From contig CAJNXB010000003.1 of the NCBI GenBank assembly GCA_905331015.1, positions 324,049-329,812 of the forward strand: a DNA stretch of 5,764 nt, in the 5' to 3' direction. The stretch is from Rotaria socialis. Taxonomy: Eukaryota. Shown here piece after piece: positions 1-5,764 of the stretch (position 1 is the stretch's first letter; each line of letters opens with the position of its first letter). Below the pieces are notes generated by a model. The model did not search any database. It was not told the DNA's origin and worked only from the letters and a program-made list of their open reading frames with translations. The translations under genes were made by a program, and so were the position numbers.

Positions 1-2
1 TG

Positions 3-128
3 CGTCTCTCAAGTGTGGATATACGTTGGGAGAGCTCTGTAGAAAATGAATTGACAGTAAATTTATCTTTGGCCGATATCATACGAAGCGCCATGCAAAG
101 CATCGACTACGAAACCTTTTTAATCTAA
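3..128 (+). CDS. Possible C-terminal end of an upstream protein, truncated by the window edge (frame 3: RLSSVDIRWESSVENELTVNLSLADIIRSAMQSIDYETFLI*)
   Basis: 41 open codons from the window edge to TAA at 126-128, with soluble-protein-like composition in otherwise stop-rich AT-rich DNA. No family recognised; short, so it could be chance. Confidence 0.3.
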   Translation, partial: RLSSVDIRWESSVENELTVNLSLADIIRSAMQSIDYETFLI

Positions 129-158
129 AAAAATAATAGTCTTATACGAAACCTTTTT
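108..158 (+). repeat. Short direct repeat TACGAAACCTTTTT at 108-121 and 145-158; the first 8 bases also begin the inverted-repeat arm at 161
   Basis: Exact 14-nt match read from the sequence; TACGAAAC recurs at 161-168 and in reverse complement (GTTTCGTA) at 215-222. Confidence 0.75.
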
Positions 159-160
159 CG

Positions 161-222
161 TACGAAACTAAAAAATGGTTCAGAATTCGTTTCAAATCTC
201 GAAACCATTTTTTAGTTTCGTA
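161..222. repeat. Perfect inverted repeat: 20-bp arms (161-180 and 203-222) around a 22-nt spacer
   Basis: TACGAAACTAAAAAATGGTT at 161-180 is the exact reverse complement of AACCATTTTTTAGTTTCGTA at 203-222. Confidence 0.9.
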
Positions 223-959
223 TGATACCTTTTTTTTTCCCAGTGTAGGCTAGCCGTACGATGCGAACTCAGCTCATTATATCTCTGACTCTATCTCAAA
301 ATAATTAAGTATGTTGAATAATGATGAAATAAAAGGAACAAAATAAAACTCATAAAAATATGTTCATATGTAAAAGAATATCATACATTCTCGTATTCTT
401 TTGCAATCAGTGTTCTTCGATACCTAAAATAGAAAAAAAAGACATTAAAAAGTACTACTGGTTCGTACCTGAAATAGTAATACAAAAGCGTTTTGTCATT
501 CTTATCAATAATCGTAACCTTTTGTTTGTAAAATAGGACCGGAACAAGCAGAGAAATTCGATATAATGTCATGAGATAAGCAACAAAACGATTTTAATTG
601 AATTTTGTACATTATCTCTGCAGTTTTAAATCATCTCTCAATAAGGAACAGAAGAAAAAAAGCCACTTCCTTTCAAACTGAATACTAAAATAAAAATCAT
701 TATACTGTTTTTTACTCTACTGATCAAGTGTATGACCGACTTATAAGTGAATTGATTCTAGTAAGAATGTTTTTCTTTTACACATCGAGTTAATACAGAA
801 AAATTGAGAGAATAATAATTCGATAGATTTTATGTTAATACTGATTTCAAAGAAACAAAAGATACCACAGCGCTTTTGAAGATCATAATAATGAACCCCG
901 CATACTGACAATGTTACGGTTTGACTCTGTGAAATGGCGAGTCTGTATTTCATTTGTAG

Positions 960-2144
960 ATGACAGACAGTGATGATGTAAATGAGATGCAAACTTTTGT
1001 TTCATCCAATACTGAAGTAAATAATGTCTTTCAAAACCATTTTAATCCGGGTGATAATATCAAAATAATAGATCACATCGGTCCTGATGGTAAAATTTCA
1101 TTACATGTTGCTAGTACTAACATTAGAAACAACGAAGTTGCTCAATTATTATTTACCAATGATGCCTTGAAATCTTTTGAAAGTATTTCATATCCATTAA
1201 CACCCTATGATGAATCAAGAAGAAAAGAACTGAACACACTAATGGAAAACAATTCGAATCTATTTCATTGCCCGCAAGAAATCCCAGATTGTGATTATAT
1301 TGAATGGTCATTAATTGGTAAGAATTTAATAGAAAAACGTAAACAATTTCGTGAACAAATTGATTTATATAAAACTTACGATAATCGACATCATTTAATA
1401 ACAAAATTAGTATTTGAAATAATTAACTATTATCTAAATAAATATTTAGTTCATCAAGAAGGTTTTCCTCTATTTGAAATAAAAAACTTGGAATCTTATT
1501 TTAAAAAAGCTATAGAAGAACAAAACTATTTAGAATATTTTATTAAAGCTTATACTTTAACAAGTAATTTTTATCGTGTTCTAAATAAACATTTAGCGTT
1601 ATATATATTAGACTATTTTGATCCACCGTCTTCACAAACAAAATATCGTTTAATCAATTGTTTAGTACATATTGTTACATTATTAGTTAATCATCCAGAT
1701 ATAAACAAGTATACATATAGAGGTACTACTTATCGTGGTTTATCGATGACAAAAAAGGATTTAGAAAAATATACCATCGGTAATCACATATTGAACAGAA
1801 CATTTGTGTCAACATCGAAAAATCGTTCAATCGCTCAGCTATTTGCTGGTAATAGTCAGCAACCGTCAGCAGAAGTATCTGTTCTGTTAAAATATACCAC
1901 GAAACAAAATAAAACAGCTATTGATATTGAACATATATCAATGATACAAGATGAAAAAGAAGTATTAATATTACCATTTTCAGTATTTCAAATTAAAGAT
2001 TTAATCAAAAATAGTCCAGATATGTCTCCACCTGTGCTATATGAAATTGATCTAGAAGAGTGTGAAGATGGTGAACAAACAAAAGGAACAAACTACATAA
2101 GTGCGTATCAATCCTATGAACACACCATTCTCCGAAAAGCATAG
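960..2144 (+). CDS. Mono-ADP-ribosyltransferase (NAD:arginine ADP-ribosyltransferase, ART family; R-S-ExE type), 394 aa
   Basis: ATG at 960 to TAG at 2142-2144, uninterrupted. Motifs: TYRGTTYRGLS (catalytic Arg strand), NRTFVSTSKNRSIAQLFAG (STS motif, Ser/Thr codons 1809-1817), QDEKEVLILPFSVFQI (ExE, codons 1953-1961). The roughly 200-aa N-terminal part has no motif I recognise. Confidence 0.85.
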   Translation: MTDSDDVNEMQTFVSSNTEVNNVFQNHFNPGDNIKIIDHIGPDGKISLHVASTNIRNNEVAQLLFTNDALKSFESISYPLTPYDESRRKELNTLMENNSNLFHCPQEIPDCDYIEWSLIGKNLIEKRKQFREQIDLYKTYDNRHHLITKLVFEIINYYLNKYLVHQEGFPLFEIKNLESYFKKAIEEQNYLEYFIKAYTLTSNFYRVLNKHLALYILDYFDPPSSQTKYRLINCLVHIVTLLVNHPDINKYTYRGTTYRGLSMTKKDLEKYTIGNHILNRTFVSTSKNRSIAQLFAGNSQQPSAEVSVLLKYTTKQNKTAIDIEHISMIQDEKEVLILPFSVFQIKDLIKNSPDMSPPVLYEIDLEECEDGEQTKGTNYISAYQSYEHTILRKA

Positions 2145-2223
2145 ATTTTATGCACAAAAAAAATGATAGCACAGCCCAAGATTTTCAGATTTTACTTACA
2201 AAATGTTTCACCAGGGATAGGCT

Positions 2224-2677
2224 TTGCTAGCATTAAGTCATTCGTTTAAAACTAAGCTTTCGTCATGTATTACATGCGCGAATGGGAACATCTTTTTGGG
2301 TAATTTGCAAAGCTGTTGCTTCCCTTTTCTAACGCGAAACCGCGATGACCAAAGTAAAACACTGGTCACACTAAGCAATTATAATTATGATTATGCGCAT
2401 GATAATAAAACAAGTCATTGGACTGCAGAATTTCTTTTAAAAAAATCGACTTTCTATTGTATCAGTGAGTTTTTGAAAAGGATATTCAAGATCTATCTGA
2501 TTTCTTTAGGGGAATCATTAACTGATTTTCGACGTCGTGCACAGAAAAGAAAAAACGCCATCAGATTAACATGTTTATATGGCAGTATTGTACTATTCAT
2601 AATTGTTGGTTTGATTCTAGCTGCAGTTTTCATAATCAAAAATGGAACAACATTAACAAAGAGGGTACAAAATGAAG
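2224..2677 (+). CDS. Proposed N-terminal exon of a membrane-anchored PGRP: cytoplasmic basic segment plus one transmembrane helix; true start codon unresolved
   Basis: Track ORF 2224-2721 starts at TTG, and its first in-frame ATG falls only after 2677, inside the proposed intron. It encodes DFRRRAQKRKNAIR followed by hydrophobic LTCLYGSIVLFIIVGLILAAVFII (2566-2637). It shares its frame with the downstream PGRP ORF, separated by a single TAA at 2719-2721 that lies inside a plausible GT-AG intron. Only the 3' part is well supported; the 5' boundary is approximate. Confidence 0.55.
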
Positions 2678-2749
2678 GTAACAAAAAGCCTCAAAAGATA
2701 CAATATATGAAATTTTTATAAACATTGTCTCGTTTTAACTATTTTGAAG
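2678..2749 (+). other. Predicted 72-bp GT-AG spliceosomal intron (GTAACA...ATTTTGAAG)
   Basis: Removes the in-frame TAA at 2719-2721 and joins ...VQNE to DQCPILINRTAW, the typical start of a PGRP domain. The acceptor context TTTTGAAG is identical to that of the second predicted intron. Confidence 0.6.
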
Positions 2750-3046
2750 ATCAATGTCCAATACTGATAAATAGAACTGCTTGGAATGCTATTGAACCAA
2801 AAAAGTATACTAAATTATTAGCACCTGTTCCGTATGTTGCAATACACCATACAACCGGTCCGCAATGTACAGCTCTTGATGATTGTATATCACTAATACA
2901 ATCTTTTCAGAGACATCATTTAAAAAACCCCGACTGGGATGATATTGGTTATAATTTTGTAGTTGGCAGTAATGGTCACGTATTCGAAGGTAGAGGATGG
3001 AATCATACAGGTTCACATTGCAAAGGCTATAATCCAAAATCAATTG
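2750..3046 (+). CDS. PGRP (amidase_2/PGRP family) domain exon, N-terminal and central part
   Basis: Spliced translation CPILINRTAWNAIEPKKYTKLLAPVPYVAIHHTTGPQCTALDDCISLIQSFQRHHLKNPDWDDIGYNFVVGSNGHVFEGRGWNHTGSHCKGYNPKSIG carries the PGRP hallmarks IHHT, W.DIGYNF, G.VFEGRGWN..G.H and NPKSIG. Confidence 0.9.
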
Positions 3047-3106
3047 GTATGCATATTTTAAAAGATTGAGCGAAAGCACAATATTTTAAATTTGTTCATT
3101 TTGAAG
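3047..3106 (+). other. Predicted 60-bp GT-AG spliceosomal intron (GTATGC...CATTTTGAAG)
   Basis: Removes the in-frame TGA at 3067-3069. The junction ATT G|GT ATT GGT restores KSIGIGVIGDFS, matching the conserved PGRP block SIGI.F.G.F. Confidence 0.85.
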
Positions 3107-3285
3107 GTATTGGTGTTATTGGTGATTTTTCTAAAGTTTCACCTTCGAAGTCAACATTAAATGCTGTTCAGTCATTAATTAACTGTGGGATAACGTACGG
3201 CTTCATCCAAAAAAACTATACAGTTCTTGGACGAAATTCTGCTGGTGGCATTAACAAATTTTTTACTCTAAAACCTGTTTGCTAA
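3107..3285 (+). CDS. C-terminal exon of the PGRP gene, ending ...NCGITYGFIQKNYTVLGRNSAGGINKFFTLKPVC*
   Basis: Open in phase with the upstream exon after splicing; TAA at 3283-3285. YTVLG aligns with the block that normally precedes HRD/HR in PGRPs. The canonical CPG segment is absent. Confidence 0.75.
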
Positions 3286-3317
3286 TAAGTCAAAATTATT
3301 ATCACTAAGTAATTTCA

Positions 3318-3323
3318 AATAAA
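3318..3323 (+). terminator. Candidate polyadenylation signal AATAAA for the PGRP gene
   Basis: AATAAA about 33 nt downstream of the PGRP stop codon. A common hexamer in AT-rich DNA, so weak evidence. Confidence 0.35.
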
Positions 3324-3608
3324 TGCAAAGCAAGATTATCTAAGATCAGGAGACTTTTTATGTCGACATGGTATTAGAGCCTGTCCCTATGGTCGGATCC
3401 TATTCGACGGACTTTATATGGCGTATAGCTGTTATTTCTTGCTTGTCTTCTAGTAACACATTGAACTAGACATAGCAAGCGAGAAGCATAGGTTCTACCG
3501 ATGATGATTCACTGTTAATCCATTTAATTTTATGAAATATTTGAGGTAAGATATGTAAACAAATTCAATCAAGCCTTCTATGAGATTAGACCGGTAACAA
3601 AAAGCATT

Positions 3609-4349
3609 TTATTTATTAGTATGTTTTTGCGCTGAAACTAGTAATATCATCGGTCGTTCACTCTCCTCTTTCAACGATGGGGTTTCAGCAATTTGGTGTA
3701 GTGTGGGGCCCCATTCTTCAACATGTTTGATAATAAATCCTTGTTCGATGAGTAAATTAAGGTAAGTTCCGATCATACGATGTTGCTTAATGATACCTTC
3801 AGTCAACCAATTGGTTATACGGCGTCCTTCCGTCTGATAGCTGTTCACTGGCCATGATTTTTGTCCCTCTTCGTCGATTAACCAGCGTGGATGTTTTGAA
3901 GCCGTATAAATCGGATGCTCTACTGAAACGACAACGTGGCCACCCGATGTTAACGATTGATAAATCGTTTTCAATAATGTGGACAAGTCTTCAATATAAT
4001 GCAATGTCAGTGAACTATAGACCAAATCGTATGTAGCTTCAGGTAGTTTAAGTTGCTCTAAGTCCTCGTTACGATAAATAATTGCGGTGTCCGATGTCAT
4101 CTCTCTGGCTTTGTTTAGCATTCTTTCGGAAATATCCAGTCCAAGTACCTGCTTTGCTCCCTTCTGCCGTGCATCATGACAGAACCAGCCGTATCCACAT
4201 CCGAGATCGACAATATTAAGTCCCTCCATTTCAGGTAGCATCTTGACAATTGATGGCCATTCAGGCGCCCCATTCAGTCCATTGACAGAACGACTAAGCT
4301 GAGCATATGCTTCAAAGAAGTCCTGATTATCGTAAACATTTTGTGCCAT
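3609..4349 (-). CDS. Class I SAM-dependent methyltransferase, bacterial-like, 246 aa
   Basis: ATG at 4349 to TAA at 3609. Motif I LNIVDLGCGYGWFCHDARQKGAKQVLGLDIS, post-I acidic LDIS, YDLVYSSLTLHYIEDLSTLLKTIYQSLTSGGHVVVSVEHPI. Complete, and no intron is needed. Confidence 0.9.
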   Translation of the reverse strand: MAQNVYDNQDFFEAYAQLSRSVNGLNGAPEWPSIVKMLPEMEGLNIVDLGCGYGWFCHDARQKGAKQVLGLDISERMLNKAREMTSDTAIIYRNEDLEQLKLPEATYDLVYSSLTLHYIEDLSTLLKTIYQSLTSGGHVVVSVEHPIYTASKHPRWLIDEEGQKSWPVNSYQTEGRRITNWLTEGIIKQHRMIGTYLNLLIEQGFIIKHVEEWGPTLHQIAETPSLKEESERPMILLVSAQKHTNK

Positions 4350-4380
4350 TTACTTTCTCAAGAAACTTTGTTGCGCATAA

Positions 4381-4400
4381 ACTGAAATGAAAAAAAAACA
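4381..4400 (-). promoter_or_regulatory. Candidate 3' splice acceptor (5'-UTR intron or spliced-leader acceptor) upstream of the methyltransferase ATG
   Basis: Minus strand reads TGTTTTTTTTTCATTTCAG, with the AG about 30 nt before the ATG at 4349: a classical polypyrimidine tract plus CAG. Confidence 0.4.
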
Positions 4401-5140
4401 GATAAATTTCATGTTTTAGTTATTTCAAGATAACGAAGTTCGACGAGATAGTATCGAGTATATTTTAAATCTATATCGACCGTCCTTAAGGCAGTAGCCT
4501 GAGTCCCTACTTGTTTATTGTTTTCCACAGTGATCTTATCATCGTAATAGGAGCCCACTCAGGGCATATGTTTTGTCGACGATCTTAATATGCACATTAA
4601 GCTATCCGCAATGCGAGTTCTAGCCTTGGTGATTGAATTTATGCGTACTCAAAAAGTGCAAACAATCGATTAATATCAAAAAAACCGTAGCACAGCTGCT
4701 AAAGACTCACATGAAGAAAAATCGCTTTGAAAAACCAGAACAATGTGCACATTTTATTCACAATCTTTATTTATCGTGATGTTCTGTTTCTTTAATGATG
4801 ACATAGAAATAACACATTTTATTCTGACTCCCTATCTATCATGTAAACACACGTATCATGGGAGAAAATAATATTTGAGGGTGAGGACGTAGATTTGTTG
4901 GAGAAAAGAGTAACTGTTATAATTAAAATTAAATAGGATCGAATTCGAAGTAAATAATCAAAATCTCTCCAAAATAAAAAACACTGTACAAAGAGATTCA
5001 ACGAAAATATGTCTCATCTAGTCATCAAAATTTACATTACAAGTAAGATCTGTTTTCGACAAGGTACAACATAAAAAATATACAGGCTAATAGAGTAGCG
5101 AAGTTATTCTCTATTCAACTATCTCATTATAAGAAAATAT

Positions 5141-5764
5141 TTAGTTTGCATCGCTTGTTGATATCGACGTTAAATAGATAATATGTTTGTTTTTCGTCTT
5201 GTCGAATTCAACACGTTCAATTTTAAACGATCTTCCTGGTCGTATGAGTATTTCTTCTTCGTCCGGATAAGTAGATAGAGCAGAAATATCCATCTTCAAC
5301 GTACGATATGAAATACGATTTTCAGCATTCAGTACAAATAAAGCATTGCCAAACTGTTCGGCTTTTGCACGGTTGCGACTACACGATGTAAATGCTTGAA
5401 ATGATCTTCGTGGATCTTTGCTACGAGCGACATAATGATATGCAGCGATCATTTCATCGGTCAATTGAGCACCTCGATACACGGTGTTATTTGTTCGATG
5501 GGTTAGATTTTCGTAAGATAAATAATAGTAGAGAAGAAAAGCAAATGGACCTAAAGTTTCTATTTTACTTTGCCAGCTATTTTCATGATCTATGTCACCA
5601 ATGAGACGCATCGCGTGATTGAGAATTTTGTAAAGAAATGATTCAAGAGTATAAATATAGACACAACATTCACCGATGTCTTTTTTTGTTTTGTCTTTGA
5701 CTTTTTCTAACTGTTCAACAATCCATTTCGCTTCGCATTGTTTTCCAATTAGCTGTCCTTCATA
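5141..5764 (-). CDS. Second ADP-ribosyltransferase (ART family), 5' end beyond the window (partial)
   Basis: NTVYRGAQL, RRSFQAFTSCSRNRAKAEQFG and YPDEEEILIRPGRSFKI form an R-S-ExE-like signature. The frame is open upstream of the listed ATG (5611) to the window edge, adding YEGQLIGKQCEAKWIVEQLEKVKDKTKKDIGECCVYIYTLESFLYKILNHA. Stop TAA at 5141-5143. Confidence 0.85.
   Translation of the reverse strand, partial: YEGQLIGKQCEAKWIVEQLEKVKDKTKKDIGECCVYIYTLESFLYKILNHAMRLIGDIDHENSWQSKIETLGPFAFLLYYYLSYENLTHRTNNTVYRGAQLTDEMIAAYHYVARSKDPRRSFQAFTSCSRNRAKAEQFGNALFVLNAENRISYRTLKMDISALSTYPDEEEILIRPGRSFKIERVEFDKTKNKHIIYLTSISTSDAN

Noticed and set aside
381-572. Minus-strand ORF of 63 aa (MTLYRISLLVPVLFYKQ...)
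   Set aside because: Short, rich in F/Y/K from AT-rich sequence, with no recognisable motif. Likely chance.
741-992. Minus-strand ORF of 83 aa
   Set aside because: Begins at a non-ATG (TTG) codon, overlaps the ART start, has AT-driven composition and no family resemblance.
1153-1404. Minus-strand ORF antisense to the first ART
   Set aside because: Lies entirely opposite a well-supported coding region; shadow ORF.
2493-2684. Minus-strand ORF antisense to the TM segment exon
   Set aside because: Shadow ORF opposite the TM/basic region; no independent support.
2719-3069. Reading the PGRP region as a pseudogene because of TAA 2719 and TGA 3067
   Set aside because: Both stops fall in short GT-AG segments whose removal exactly restores conserved PGRP sequence, so introns explain them better. 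The C-terminal anomaly still leaves partial decay possible.
2810-3079. Minus-strand ORF antisense to the PGRP domain
   Set aside because: The opposite strand encodes unmistakable PGRP motifs; shadow ORF.
3320-3480. Open frame downstream of the PGRP stop (…YLRSGDFLCRHGIRACPYGRILFDGLYMAYS…) as a possible missing CPG-containing last PGRP exon
   Set aside because: Only about 45 codons, no convincing GHR/CPG match, and no clear donor/acceptor pair that restores the domain end.
3854-4036. Plus-strand ORF antisense to the methyltransferase
   Set aside because: Shadow ORF opposite an intact methyltransferase.
4939-4948. Short palindrome TCGAATTCGA
   Set aside because: A 10-bp palindrome is expected by chance at this scale and has no supporting context.
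4819-5001. Minus-strand ORF of 60 aa with a hydrophobic N-terminus
   Set aside because: Short and of AT-rich composition in an intergenic stretch; no motif, and no transcript evidence available.
4440-5130. Search for tRNA, CRISPR, transposase or telomeric repeats in the intergenic stretch
   Set aside because: No cloverleaf-like segment, regularly spaced repeats, transposase motifs or telomeric arrays were seen by eye.
5392-5604. Plus-strand ORF antisense to the second ART
   Set aside because: Shadow ORF opposite the ART catalytic region.

Overview
This looks like eukaryotic accessory-gene DNA, most likely from a bdelloid rotifer. That assignment is an inference from the gene content, the AT-rich intergenic DNA and the very short introns. 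Main contents: (1) an intact ADP-ribosyltransferase (ART) ORF with an R-S-ExE signature at 960-2144 (+). (2) A peptidoglycan recognition protein (PGRP) gene on + that the ORF track breaks into two ORFs. I can reconnect it with two short GT-AG introns (2678-2749 and 3047-3106), which gives a predicted single-pass membrane-anchored PGRP ectodomain. Its C-terminus lacks the usual GHR...CPG zinc-ligand segment, and its start codon is not identifiable. (3) A bacterial-like, intronless class I SAM-dependent methyltransferase at 3609-4349 (-), with eukaryote-like flanking signals, which is a horizontal-transfer candidate. (4) A second ART on the minus strand, whose reading frame continues past the annotated ATG to the window edge (5141->5764). 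(5) A perfect 20-bp-arm inverted repeat at 161-222, next to a possible 3' end of an upstream gene. The other ORFs in the track look spurious. I found no evidence for a CRISPR array, RNA gene, or complete mobile element.
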